Origin: Marsupella aquatica
Taxonomy: Eukaryota; Plantae; Marchantiophyta
Length of the DNA stretch: 64,000 nucleotides
Assembly (NCBI GenBank): GCA_973895155.1
Contig: OZ316891.1
Coordinates: 6,729,708-6,793,707 of the forward strand
Direction of reading: 5' to 3'
The notes under the pieces were generated by a model that had not been told where the DNA came from, did not search any database, and saw only the letters and a program-made list of their open reading frames with translations. The translations under genes and the position numbers were made by a program. Shown piece by piece: positions 38,103-51,978 of this stretch; position 1 is the stretch's first letter; each line of letters begins with the position of its first letter.

Positions 38103-38398
38103 CTCGGGGGTCTCACTATATGGGGACCTCCCCATCGCCTGCGACGTTTTTAGGCCTCGGACCCCCTAAAATGTAAGAAAAAAAATTATTTATTAACCCC
38201 TATAAAGTTGGAATATTCTTGGAATATTCTAAAAAATGGATTAAAAATACCCTAATATTCTTATAAGTCTCAAAATTGAATTTAAAAGACCCTATTGTTC
38301 TTCTACAAAAATTCTTAAGTCTTCCCTTAGAACCAATAAAATGACCCTATCCTTCGTCGCACGTGATATGCCATTTTTGTGGAAGTGAAACCCCCGAG
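38103..38398. mobile_element. MITE (296 bp), same family as 36872-37156, 8-bp TSD GGCGGGTG
   Basis: TSD at 38095-38102 and 38399-38406. Same TIR and a colinear interior. Confidence 0.92.
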
Positions 38399-38590
38399 GG
38401 CGGGTGACATCTCCCTATGGTTGCCTTGCTCATTCAAGATGAAGCCCAATATTAAAATCTCCTTAAATAATGAGCCTCAAGTCTCCCTCACTGCACTCTG
38501 TGCCCACCTCTCAAGAGCCATTGCTGGGTGTTGCTCGATTGGAGTCCAGCCTTGATGACTTGGTGAGACCTATTCAGCTAGAGGAAACTC

Positions 38591-38830
38591 ATTTATTCAT
38601 TTATTTATTTTATTTATTTATTTATTTTTGAAAGGAGGGGGGGCAAAATACCCCAAAACGCACAACCCACAGGGGACAAAAGCCACCCGGAAGGGAAACA
38701 CCAGCCGCCCCAAGGGCCAGCCAACCAACCATGAACCCAACACTAAATAATCTGGCCAGGGGTTTCTGAGAATCCTCCTAGTATAGTCTGACTTAGAGTC
38801 CCCCTGCCTCAGCCTTCTGTTGTCTATTTC
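38591..38830 (-). mobile_element. Probable 3' end of a LINE with (TAAA)n tail
   Basis: A (TTTA)n tract at about 38591-38628 is followed by a segment that reads as a GT-rich 3' UTR on the minus strand. Confidence 0.35.
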
Positions 38831-40795
38831 TACACATGCTAAAGGTCTCAGTTAAGTGACAAGGAAACTCATTTATTACAACTCCTTGGGTCCTACTGTT
38901 AGGTGTTGCCCCATGCCTCCTTCTGTTTAGGTAATAAGAGAGGGACCTTTGATTTGAAATTAATTGGAATCTCACTTGGAACCACACTTGCCACAATGAA
39001 GACTACTCCCACTAGGACTCAATAGGCAGCAATTAATGAATTCCAAGGAACACTTGTTCAGAGTTGATGTCCAGAATTGGTCTCAGGCAAGCAAACATTA
39101 TATCCTGAAGTCAGGCTTGCATGCTCGGGTATGTGCTGCTTCAATCAAATTGGGCCTGACTGGTCATTCATTTGGGGGTCTCTAAATCAAATGGTTCTAT
39201 TCACAGTGGACTCGCTAAGAATGCACTTGTGAGTTGGGAGAGTCATTATTTAGCCGATCGAGTTTGGTGTCAGGCCTTGGTGAGTCACGAATAAACACCC
39301 CGGTAAACACATTAGGAACAAGTTGGTTTTGCGAGGAGAAAGCCTGGGTTGGGCTGATACCAAGTTGAGAACCATAGTTAGGTTTACTGACTTGAGGGTT
39401 GAGATGTCCTGCACACAACCGCATACACCTCCTACCTTAGTTATGTTAATTAGAGGTTTGCTTAAATTCAGCTAGTTGGTATTTCACTGTTGAAGGTACC
39501 ATGTATACATAAGGTCCATAGCACTATCCTAAGGGTGAGTTAGTAGGGCTCACCCGTCACATTGTTCACTTTTGTGGTCTACTGTTCAACCTGCCTTCTA
39601 GTGATGCTCTGGTTAGTTCCAATTGGATTCTGGGCCGTATTGTCTCACTTCGTGGACTCTCTGGCTTTTTATTTTTGCAATAAAATATGCTGAGAACCAT
39701 AGCTTAGAAACCCTCCCACATCCACATTGCTGTTCATTTGCTAGGCAAGAGAGTCATACATTGGTCCCTACCCTACCAAAAATCTAACTGGGAAAGCATA
39801 GAGCGCATTCAAGTAAAATGGAACCATTTTGTGACGACATAAATTAGTGTTACTTTCATCCTGAAATTAGTGTGTGCCACTAATTTAGAAGCAACATTAA
39901 TTATAACTCTAAACGGAATAAACAATGTGGATCATTTGAATAGTCGCCTTGACCTTGTTCATCTGGTTCTATTGGTCTTTGTACACATGTTCACTTGGCT
40001 GACCCTGGACGTCCTATTTAGAGATTGCAGTAAAATGTGGATCGATTTGACATAAAAGCGGTGTCCAAAAGGTTCTTTCCTGGGTGCTTTATATGCAAAT
40101 ATATATTTGCTCGTACGAACGCTTCTTTGTTTTTGGGTTCCATATTCTGGTAGGGCAGAGCACGTGCCTATCCAAGGATCCTTGTCAACAGAATGTTTAC
40201 TTTCCCAAGATCATGTCTCAACGTATCTCGATTATAAAATAGCTCTGAAAAATATTTCCTTTCTCATGGTTTCTATTGTTGGGCCAAGCTTGAATTTGAT
40301 AACCTTTTTGGAATGAAATTTTATCAAAGCCATCATTCAAATTCTTTCCCCCTTTCACGGTACCGTACTATGGGATAATCACAGTTTTCACCGTTCGCAA
40401 TTTATTTGGTGCTCGATTTTCTATTTTCTCCCGTTGGATAGTAGAAGAATGCTAGTATTCTGGTTAAAATGGCATGTGATTAGCTAGGGGTCCGGCTAGG
40501 GGTACCACTACTGGAGTGACCCATGGCTCTTAGTCAGAGGCACAACTAAAGCTGGGGGTACGTGGAAGTGGAAAATGGTGGGATAGTACTCACCCTCTAT
40601 TTACAAGCAAAGGTCCGAGTGAAATAGAGTTCAAGAGTGGACTTTAACCCCTACGGACCTATCCAAGTGAAATATGAAAGATTGATCTGGACATATAAAA
40701 CATTTGCTGCATACTTAGGGGAATGGGAGGCCTCGTAGGAGGCTAGGTAGTACCACTGTAGAGCTTGGGGAAATAAGGTTCAGATTAACTAACAA

Positions 40796-41082
40796 GTTTT
40801 GACTCTTGATGTGGACCATTAGCTTTTTGTCACAATCGGTAGGAATGATGAGGACCTCGGTCCGCTTGGGTTAGTTTTAGTCTCTCGCTCTTTCTTGGTT
40901 TTTAGGGGTTCCCTATTGTTCATTTCTTACTTTTAGTTCCTCTTTCTTGGTGTTTAGTGGTTCCCTTTTGCTCACTTCTTTTTCGATTGGTTTTGTCCAC
41001 TTGGGCCCTCTTTTGTTTGTTCATTTGTACTCTGTTTGGTCCCTTTGTATATAAAAAGTGTGTATATTTCTCCAAAACTAAC
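40796..41082 (+). mobile_element. Short 3'-end copy of the CRE-like retroelement
   Basis: Colinear with about 25840-26113 (cttgatgt.gacca.tagctt, atgaggacctcggtcc, ttcttggtttttagggg, ttttgtccacttggg, aaaaagt.tgt.tat). Confidence 0.85.
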
Positions 41083-41420
41083 AAGCCTCGGACAGATTGC
41101 CTTTGGTCTTGAACTTATTATTTTTGCCTTATAAACCCTGTTTGTGAAGTAAAGTAGTATTAATGCGCTATATTAAAGGAAAGTACGAGGTATGGTTCCT
41201 ACCAGAAATTTTCAAAAATGTATCGTCAGGACCAATTCAGTCGAAGGCAATACCAAAGTACCATGGAATAAAAGTGGAAGTGGTTATGATTTTTAAAAAG
41301 GGCCAAACAAAGTTTAATAAAGGGAAAGAGATGGAGAGTGGACAAAGTCAAAGGAAAGGGCAAATGCAAACCCTAGAAAGAGGGAAGTTAAGAGATATAG
41401 ATCTACATGCAGTCCCCTAA

Positions 41421-41527
41421 AACCACTGCTCCAACAATGTAATCTTATGGGCTACTGGTCGACATCTAGTACAAACCACTGCTCCAACAATGTAATCTTA
41501 TGGGCTACTGGTCGACATCTAGTACAA
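41421..41527. repeat. Tandem duplication of about 54 bp
   Basis: aaccactgctccaacaatgtaatcttatgggctactggtcgacatctagtacaa occurs twice. Confidence 0.9.
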
Positions 41528-44500
41528 CACCCGGTACAGTCTTGTGAAGAGCATTCCACATTGAGAATAGTTTTTATGGCTTTTACCTCTCTAAAAAACA
41601 TTGGTCACTTTTGGCAAAATTTGGCTCTGAAGTGGGTGTACTTTGTTAATTTGGTCCTTATTGCAGAACCCAGACAGGAACCCAGATAAGTGCGCCAGCC
41701 TTGGTGCATCGTGGACTTGTACTTTTTCTTGCGCATGACCTATACCGGTTATATATCGAGATTCTCCAAAAATCGACAGCACGCACCAATCTTTCCCTTA
41801 TGCCAAATATGATGCTGCTCTCGTCGGCTTTTCGTTTGATTATAAACACAAGCCCCGTACTTTTTAGCTAAATGCAAGGTGGTAGCAAGTTATAAAGTAT
41901 CCGAAGCAGGTGTGGGATATTTATGCTACGCCTTGGGAGGGCTTTTGCCATCAAGACCTAGGGGCCATGGGGCAAGCACATACAATTGCTCAAACAATTT
42001 GGGCTATATCTGGGACTTAAATGGTAAACAAAAATAATTGATAAAAAACTTGGTTCACATTTGCATGATTGATGGGAAAAAAAGAGATCTTGTGCTATTG
42101 TTTATAAAATGTTCCAGAAAACGTTTCATCATCTAGCTCCTCATACTTCCTGTATTCCATTAGCCAGCTGTATGTTCACCTTTGGCACAAACCCATGTAA
42201 CCATAATATTGGCCATCCTTCAATCTAGGGAAAAAAGAGGCTACATTTACTGTATTCCATTAGCCAGAATAGTATTCTCACCTTTGGCACAAACCCATTT
42301 GACAGTCAAATATTAATCTTAAAACTAGATATTTAATTATATTCCTCAACAGTGTATATGCTGTAAACTGTACACGTCTATGCCCCCACAACAGCGCCGC
42401 TATATAATATGGCCATTCTAGGGAAAGAAACGCACATGTGTTTTGGCCGATTTCATGAGAAAGACAGCACCTACCGTCACTGGGAAGCCTGCTTTTTGCG
42501 TTTGTGCAAGACCACCATAGTTATCCACGACCGATTGACTCGAGGTGGTGTGCTCCACATGCCAAGGATATTCTCAGATGGTCGATCGTGGATCAATCCA
42601 TATATGACGCGTCCAAGATTTAAAGTGGAGTCGCGAGTAACCTACGTACTGTACATGTCGTCCAATTTCACGAAAATTTGGCAGGCGGGAAGTCAACAAG
42701 CAAGCTCGTGCTGAGACTCTGAGAAAAATGCCGGATAGATCACTTTAATCGTTTTTTTTTAGCATGGGAAACATTTTGGACATTGAGATCCACGGAATGG
42801 TGCACTGCCGATCCATTTGTGCTAGAGGTCTTCATTAAAGTGGGAAAAATTGACGAGGAAAGCTAAATAATTGGGGAAAGCTTAAAGATACATGAGGAGT
42901 CTGTACAGGAGTTAATAATACCGAAATCTAAATGACGACAGGCTTTATGGCAAAAGGTAGGCTGCTTGGTCATTTGTTGCCGAGAAAAACGTTTATAATT
43001 TCCACGAAGAAAAGCAGCATAGAAGGAGAAGTATATTTGGCCACTTACTTCCTCATTTGAGAGCGGAGACCTGCAGAACTTGGAAGTTGGAAGTCACGAC
43101 AGAGCGGGTTTGACTTAATTATTTTTTACAGTCAAGGCTTTCCCATAGTCTACCATCTCTCTCGTGCTTTGGAACTTCCTAGTCCGCCAGTGACTGTTGA
43201 TCTTGACTCATGATTAACCGTCATACAGCACGATCCTCTAAGGATCATAGATCCACGGAAAAGCTACGATACTGTACTGTAGATGCCTTCACTTAGGATG
43301 TCATAGTGATGGAGCTTCCCCTACGTACGCGGACCATCAGAAACCCTTGTTCTGATCGAAATGGCATTACGCTTTTAGCTCCTAGCTTTCCCTTCTCCCT
43401 CAGTCTTCCATGGAATTGTAAGCCTTCCCTATATATTTCCATTAGCTTCTGTCGAGGGATGCGGGTACGGCAATGGAACAGCCAAGTTTGGCTCAGCTAC
43501 CATCAAAAATTAAGTGTCGATGATTTGAAACCATGACAAATCGCGTATTAATCGGTAGTAGATTATGAACAGCTTGTACTCGCAAGCTGCAGCGGACGGT
43601 GCGGCAGCGTCTCTGTAAAGCAGAGCAACATAGTTTTTACAGCGTTCCTCTTTTTCATTGAAAAACAAAATCAGCCGTGTTGTAGTCAAATTACGAACCC
43701 ATTTCAATATTCCCGAGGCTTAGTTGAAACAACACGTCTAGAAAACAATTTTGCAGGAACTCAATTGGAACGTCCTCGTCGACTGTGGACTGCATATAAA
43801 TCTGAAAAGGTTTCGTGCCTGATCTACTACTATAAAACTTATCCGCCAAAAACTACACCGTCCGTGTATGAAACCAGAGATAAATGGGAACCAATTATAA
43901 TATTTCATTAAAAATAATAATTTTTGGCACCGACAAATCTATCCATAGACTTATCAATTAAAATTTACCTTTGAGTTTGAGATAAAATTAATTAATTAAC
44001 AATGATTAAATTTATTTAAATTGGAAAAATGCTAGAAAAAAACTTTGGAAAATTTGAAATAATTATAAATTTAAATAAATTTAAAACTTTTTTTTTAATC
44101 CTGTCATTCAATTGTGTTTGGAGGATTTTTGTCTATGACCCTATTTACGTCGTGTTTTCTTTTTCGAAAATTTGAAAATATTTCGGAATAAGGAACTGCT
44201 TATAGAGAGAGAAGTAATGCTGTAGTTATCGTGCATTTCCAATTTATATGTGAAATGCATGGAGTATTGAACACTATCATGACAACCATATGGTCAAAAT
44301 CACACATAATGTTTATCAACATTTACATTGCAAAGTTTGACATGTTTTTGCTTCACTTTGACATTTTTTTCTAATCTTTATATATTTATGTTTTCTTAAC
44401 ATTTTTACCTGCCTTTTTACCTTGCCTTCCCATTTTTATCTCACCAGAATATTGTTTTCTCAGTCACTTGACATCTTTTAATTTTTTACAATCATTTTCT

Positions 44501-44923
44501 CTACTCAAAATTTTGTCTTATCTCGAGCCTTATCATCTCCTCCCTTCTCACCTGGCTTATATCTTTCCTCACCTGAGTATCTTTTCTCATCTCAAGTTTT
44601 TTCATCTCGGCTAGTTATAACAGACTTTGAGACCCTAGAGATTTGACAAGCCGCCTCGAGAACATAGTTCAAGCGAGTGGAAAACTGAAATCCCTGCTGC
44701 CAAACCATTCTCCACAGACCAGTTCAGAAGGAATTTTTCCCCTTCGATCTTTGACTACTGTGCCACATTTAAGATGATCTAAGCACCAATAACTTTTCAA
44801 TCATTTGTTTGAGACTTGTCCTCAAAGTAACATTCAAGGAGACTTACTATTGTAGAATGAAATGGAAACTAGTCACCTGGTGCACTTAGTACACTTTTAA
44901 TTAGCTTATTGATATGAATTCTC

Positions 44924-45073
44924 CTTTGATTCTTTCTCAAACCAGTAAGCCAAGTTTATAGTTTAGAGTTGAAGTGTCAAGAATAGTTATACTCAGTGTG
45001 ATATGCTTTGATTCTTTCTCAACCCAGTAAGCCAAGTTTATAATTTAGAATTCAAGTGTCAAGATTAGTTATA
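44924..45073. repeat. Tandem duplication of about 80 bp
   Basis: ctttgattctttctcaa.ccagtaagccaagtttata.tttaga.tt.aagtgtcaaga.tagttatac occurs twice. Confidence 0.85.
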
Positions 45074-45199
45074 CGTTGCCCACAAGTGAGTAATATTCAA
45101 TCTTTCTGCGCCTTGATCGGACCCCAGTTGTGCATTGGAGCCACGGAAATGGTGGACTCCGTGTCCCAAGAAAACTCCAAGCCCATGACACAGTTCCAA

Positions 45200-46885
45200 T
45201 AGACTTTGTAGACGAGTCGATGCTCCTGCACCACTCGGGCTGGACCGCGAGATGGGGCCCAGTGGACCAAGCGCTTGAAGGAAGAGTATTAGGTCCTTGT
45301 CTTCCCCTCTCCACAAACATAATCCTTTCTGATAACAAATTTAGTACAGCAATTTCGGCTTTGCGGACTGAACTATTGCGTAAGAGTTACAAGTTGGAGG
45401 CCAGTAAATCTCTTTCTAGGTTGTTTGACCGCATGAGCCCGGTTCGAACGAGAGATTTCAGGTTTAGAGCATCAATGCACAATGTCAGAAACATGTTAGG
45501 ATCGATAGATTACTCTGTAAATTTGCTGACCTTTTGGGCTCCGTTTAGATTTACGATTCGTTTAGAGGTTTAACGTTTAGGGTATAATCAAGTCAGGACA
45601 ATGAGAGGTTCGTTCCTATAGACGTTCGAAGCTTTCTTTTTGTAATCTCTTCTTTTCTGTCCGGCCTGTGCTTAACAATATTAATTTAGTCAACGGGTGA
45701 GCTGAGGCTCTAGCAAATGGAAGTCATCTATTCCTTCGAGATAGACTGTCCTTGTTGATGTGTTTTAGAGATGATTGTTCTTGTATACTTTATGGGCATC
45801 TGAGCTGGAGAGAGAACCAACAGTGGCCAAGGAGGATTATTTACTTCAACACTAGAAAAGCGAAGTTTCTCGCAACGGAAGAGGGACACTGGTTGTCGGT
45901 CAATGGTTCTAAATCCATACACTTTCTGGTCTCTAGGCACTCATCAAATACATGGAGATGAACAAAGCCAATGACAACGGCTGGTTCAGAATTTCTGGTG
46001 GTGCAGATGGCACCAAGTGAAAAGGAAAGTGCTGGTATGTCCACAATCTTCTGAAGTACGAATTCGACCTGCAGTTTGACATGCCTGTCACTTACCCTGC
46101 CATACACCTGAGATTGAGCTACAAGAGCTAGATGGCAAGACTGCCAAGGTCGTTGGTCACTCGACCTTTGTCGCTTTCGCTAGACTCTTATAATCAATAC
46201 CTACTGTATGGCGGATTCCTCTCATCTGAGATCAAGGGGAGTACCTTAACAGCAGTGGGGACCGAGTTTTGAATTCAACAAGAGTAGTTCATTAGAGGAT
46301 CGGAATTCAAATCAGCTTGGGTTCAGATTTTGATCGCGAGGCTTCATAATGCTGCTGTCTCCTTATGTCTTCTGCTAAAACTTGCACGTTTAACTTGATT
46401 TTTGTAAATTCCTTTGTTTGTTTGTTGCCGTCTTGAGGCAGTATCGTCTAGAGAGTTCTGCATAACGCCTCTGTACTATTGCAGATGTACAGAGGCGGAA
46501 AGATCTGCCTTACAATACACTTCAAACCGCTTTGGGCGAAGAATTGGTGGGTAAAATGCTTGGGGTTCACTTGTTTAACTTCCAGTTAGCATTTCTTGTG
46601 TCATTGCTTTCTGTTAGACTTCTACTGTAATTAGCTATGTTTGCAGACTCTTCTCGGAGCCACATGGTTACACTTATCTCCCCAGTGACTCATTACTACT
46701 TTGTTACTATGTATCAGCCCCAGATTTGGGATCGCACATTCTCTTGCTTAGGGTTGGCACCGTGGTTAGCTGCTGAAGTTCCACATTTGGTGGATACGGG
46801 AATGATTCAGCATAACGACAATGTTACACCAAAACCTACTAGTGAGGTTTCCAGGTTTGTACTCTCATGCAAACGGCTCTTTTAG
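45200..46885 (+). pseudogene. UFC1: Unprocessed pseudogene of the UFM1-conjugating enzyme UFC1
   Basis: Exons about 45200-45292, 45937-46148, 46485-46546 and 46718-about 46885 encode [84 protein letters not shown] and [20 protein letters not shown]. Stops at 45290-45292 and 46018-46020, and 1-nt frameshifts near 46104 and 46743. Confidence 0.92.
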
Positions 46886-49147
46886 GAACTGTTGGGAAGG
46901 TTTTGAGTCTGAGCCACCATGAACTATGCGTGTACTTAACATTGGCTTCCCCTATAATCTTCTCTTTTTCTCAATTAAAACTAAGCTATGTTGCTTCTCT
47001 GCTTTAGGTCGCCACCCGGACCGTTTGCGTTGGACTTGCACTAAGGTGAACCTCCGTTAGCTGTTCTATGGGCAATTTTGCGATGGGAGATAGGAATCCT
47101 GTAGGTTACATGACAAGGAGGAATTTATCTGTAAAATAAGGGGATTGGGCTGTGCGAGCTAATCAGAGGATTACAACCTATCACAAATCATCTGTGTGCC
47201 CACTTTCATACTTTCCAGGGGGGAAGGGAACCTCAAGGCCATAAATGAATGTCAATTGCAATGACACTAATGGGTAATGCCCATTGTAGTTTTACAGTCA
47301 AGTGATGTAAGTGGATTACCTTTTATTCTGAGCCCCTCATTTTGACAGAATGAGGACCTCCCTGAGCGGTGAGGGAACCCGGAGAGATTTCGTATGGGCT
47401 CTGTAAATAGTACGTAAGTCGGCACGGTGCCTCATAGTTCTTCCTTTACCATTTACTTGTTAACTCAGTACTGTGGTTTAGAACAGAATCACGCACCAAA
47501 GTTCTCCGAATTTTTCGGATACACTAAGTTGGGCTTCAAAACTCTCACCGATTAATTAACCGGGCAGGGAGAAATTATCGGAAATGGATGGCCCTTCCGC
47601 TACTGAAGGAAAGTGAGTCTTTGGAAAGAGACTCCTGCAGGTCTCAACATCGTCCGGGATTTAGAAATCTGACAGTTAGGAAGATTGGAGGTACTCGATG
47701 CATGCATGGAGAGTGAAGATGAGAGGGCATCGAGCGGTCATGGTAAGCTCGCATTCAATACATAAGAGTCATTTCCTGACTAAATCCCTGAGCGAAGTAC
47801 GTACGTTTTCATCAAGTAATTCCTCGATCATCAAACTTTGAAAAGTTTTGTGACCCTTGAACTCGTTCCATCGATGCGCGCGGCAGGAATAGGAAGGAGT
47901 CCTCATTGGCACCACTGGAAAACCGAACTGAACAGCCCTGCGGATTCAAGGAGATCTTTGGACTTGGGACATCCGATCAAACTATTGCATGTAGACTGAA
48001 ACTATGCAAATGTTGTTAAGTCATTCGAGAGTTGCAACTATAGTGGTCAACTCGGCCATCAATCCTTAATCATATAAAATCCCCAGGACTTGTGGGCATT
48101 TTTAAGAAGTAGTCACATCTTTACTAGGGTGCGGCACTGAACAGTTATCGCTACGCGAAGTATTTATACCTCGATTTATACATTATGCTCACAGATGAAG
48201 ATCGAGAACGTGGATGTCGCCACTCAATAATGACAAGTATGTATAGCTCATCCATTCAATAATCACAAGTATATTTATATCGATCTGCCAAAAACAAAAA
48301 GCGCCAAACCGGGAGACAGGATCCCAAAGCCACCAAAGAAGATTAGCGAGGCCAAAAGCCCAATAGGCTCCAGGAAACTAAAACCTGACAGAGAAGAAAC
48401 AGATGAAACTTTGAGATATACTCTAGTTCCTTTTCTAGTTCCTTCTGGACTGCCTGAAGGTTCAACCTTCTTTAATGTCAAAGTAAGTTCTATTTCTGTG
48501 GTCTATCCAACGCTTTTATCCAACGCTTTTCTCAGTAGAGATAATGCATTGGAACGGTGTGACATTTAACAGAGTACTTTTCTGGCTTTATTCTAATCTA
48601 ATTGGACATTCACTGTCAAGTCCTATTAGAATCTAGACCATGATCTATTAGACAGCTAGACCCAACTTGTCAGATTTGGAAGAGCCTGAACTTGCCATCG
48701 AGCAATTGCAACGTAGGAAAGTTAGACCTCATAATAATTAGATTAGCGCATTCTGATTCCATTGTGAATAACTATCTATTAAGCCTAGAACGTATCAACT
48801 GCAAACTGCGCAGACTATCCATCCATGAAAAAATGAAAGGCTCGGAAAAGTCCAGTACGCGCTGCCGTTCCGCGTACGGGAGGTAGAAAAACATATAAAG
48901 TGTACGATACGCGGGCTAACTCGGGCACTCCGAAGAAATAAGTAACTTTCAAAGTCCCATTACGGAAAGCTCACGATTGTCTGTATAGAGTGGTCTCAAT
49001 ATATAGTTTTGTCACTACAAATCAAACTGAATTGCATGAAAAAGCGGTTCATAGAGTTTTCGAAAGTGCAGGCCTGTATGTAGGTTAGTGGGAGCTAGCT
49101 TCAACTCAATTTCAGCCTTTAAACTAGCTGCGGGTCATACAGTACAG

Positions 49148-49818
49148 TCAGGAAAATTGTTTTATGGTAGCAGACATATTGGCCACCTGGGCCTCGGAGA
49201 TGAAGAATGATTTAGCGAGAAGCTCAGGATCAATCCCGGCCCCAAACAACGCCGCCGACATTAGCTGAACACCAGGGTTCTGCCCATTCAGCACATTGAT
49301 GCTCACGGCAGGCTTTGTACCCTTGTTGAGTTGGAAGTGCAGCAGACCTCTTGGAAAAATGAACGCCTCCCCCTTCTTGACGATTTTCGCGTAGAGCTTG
49401 TTAGGGACAGCGGCATTGTTGCTATTGGTGACGAATCCTGTGTAGATCTCTCCTTCTATGCCAAGTTGTGGGTGTGTGGCGGTATGACCCCACCGGGATT
49501 GATGTCCAGCCTAGCAAGGGCCAATCCCAAGGTATTGAGGGCCGGCCACAGATCGACGAAAGCGAATTTTCCACCTCCCTGAAGGGGATCTCCAGTCAGA
49601 TTTGCAGCCATTGCCAGCCCAGAATATGCAAAGTCCTCAGTTGTCACGAGTTCTGGTGCAACGCATGGGTAGCCGTTCACAGTGGGGCCACCAGCATTCA
49701 AATCCGCAACACAAAAGTCTTGAAGTGGGTCTGGATCGGTGGCTCCGATATAGTCCAGGCCTACAGCTGCCAGGACAAAGACACCGACGAGGACTTTGAA
49801 ATGAGTTGGCACGGCCAT
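49148..49818 (-). pseudogene. Germin-like protein (cupin), frameshifted by a deletion in germin box 1
   Basis: Signal peptide, DPDPLQDFCVAD, PALNTLGLALARLD and GGVIPPHTH. Only 11 nt follow before EGEIYTGFV...GEAFIFPRGLLHFQ...NPG, which continues in another frame to TGA at 49148-49150. Confidence 0.88.
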
Positions 49819-51872
49819 GATTCTGCACCGCCGTCACACTAACGAAGTCTAGTACTGATTACGGTAGCAGGAAAGGAGGAATAAAGGACGTCTCAAAACA
49901 AATGACCCTGACCGTGAATCAGAGCAGTCCAGAGTGTCACTCAGATGGTGCAGTCAAATTTAGATGCGGTTGCCAAGCACGGGAATACAACTGAACCGAA
50001 TGTCTGGCAAGCTAGCTTCACCCCTGCAGTAGCAAGCTGAATATCTAAGTCTGGAAAGCAATGCAGGGGTATTTAAACTGTCTTTCATTCACTACAGTAA
50101 CGGCGGACTGGAAAACATTTTCTCCAGAAGGGCAACTTCCAAGACACTCCGATCAAGTACGGTCCTCACGTACTTTGAGGTACGGATTATGTTGCAGCCC
50201 AGAACTTTGTCTTTTGCAAGAGCTCCAAGTTTGTGGATTTCATCTCTCTTTTAAAAAATCCTTTTATGTAGGTACATCAGTCTGGGAAGGACCTGAAAAT
50301 GACTTGTGAGAAAAGCCAAGTCTCTCAATCTGTACTGCTCCATGTGAAACAGTGACTTATCTGATTGTCAACGAGTACTGACAGCAGCCACGCTTTGTTC
50401 CTGTTCGTCCACTATCGCATTATCTAGTCAGAAATTGCCAAATTGATTTGGAGTTCGAGGGCAAAGAAGATGTTTTTTGCAAAGATCTCTTTCTATTGCA
50501 GAAATATTGCACAGTTGACGAGACTTGAGGTTTCTGGACCAAGCTTGATGAATATGCTACCGTATGATTGTTTTGCTTCGATTCATTTTCAAGAACAAAG
50601 ATCATTGAAGGCCGTTGGTCACATCCAACTGGGGATCGACGGAATTATGATTTGTGAAGTAGTCCTTGTAAACTAGGATAACAGAGTCCTCGACATGCTG
50701 AGCGGCAGGCATGAGCGTTCTAAAAGGCATCATATTTGTACGTCAGTTGCCTCGTTAGATCGCCACCCATGCATTGACGAACTTCCCTCGGAACTTCCCC
50801 AACACGCTGTGGATTCTCTTAATCAATAAGATTCAAAGGAATCTGGAAAGGCGGAACGCACTAGTCTATAGATCTACCTGTTTTCCGCCTTCAAATCCGT
50901 ATCATTCTGGATAACTTAAGTATTATGTCTCCCTATCTTTCGGGCAAAGCTAGGTACACATGCATGACTCTAGAACAGCAGATTAAATTTTCTGCGACTT
51001 TCTACAGCAGTGGATCATCCTCGCCTGGGCTCGCTTGGGATGGAAGTCGTCAGAAGGTTCATACTGAAGGATTTTGGCTTTGAAAACGCTCACTAGATGA
51101 CTCTGAAATTTCCTTTCGCAGCAAGACACCGAATGAGTTCATTTCTTTAATTACAATGAAATACAGTGTTCGTAGCTTTCTTGTTCACTGTCTTCAAATG
51201 TCCGCCACCTCAGACAAGAACGACCTCTCGTCACTTCTTCCTCGTGAGGTACTCAGTGAAAGCAGCACACGAATTGTGACAAAGGCCGATGCCAAATGCA
51301 CTCCTATTATTTCTCTCCTTACCCACTTTTCGCAGCTGCACAACGTTTTCCAGTCAAAAATTGTCGAAGCGATTGACAACCCGATCGGTGTACATGTGTG
51401 CACCTCCCTCGTCAGCGCAATTCACATGGAAAGAGTGAGTGACAGAGCAGGGAGAAAAGGCTAGCATGGATGAGTTTCGCTGCAGCACGAGTACCTCGTT
51501 CCTGCATGAGCAGTCATTTCCGCCGTAGCAAGCAACATCCGAAAAGCACGAGAAAGATACAAAATGCAATCCTTTCTCCGGCGCTCAGAAGGATTAGTTT
51601 TTCCAAAATCCTTCAGTATGAATCTTCTGAATTGTCAATCGTTCAATCACTCGTAATCCAGTATATTGAGAGTTTCACAAGACAGATCGCTGATTTGAGG
51701 GTGTCCTACCTGCCCACCTCCTGGCACGTGCATGGATGCCCTCGTCCATGCCCTGCCCTCACCTGCCATGCAAATCAGGGGTATTATTTTTAGTACATCT
51801 CGAAACACTAGACATCAGGGTTATTTTATCAATTTTTAACCACCGTCCTATCCTCTTCCCATGGAAAGTGAG

Positions 51873-51978
51873 CATTCTGTCCTTAGAGTGTTATCAGGCG
51901 TCCATTGTGACTTGTAACGAATGCACATTCTGTCCTTAGAGTGTTATCAGGCGTCCGTTGTGAGTTGTAACCAATGCA
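51873..51978. repeat. Tandem duplication of about 53 bp
   Basis: cattctgtccttagagtgttatcaggcgtcc.ttgtga.ttgtaac.aatgca occurs twice. Confidence 0.85.

Noticed and set aside
45130-45573. 147-aa ORF
   Set aside because: It is an off-frame reading of UFC1 exon 1 running into the intron.
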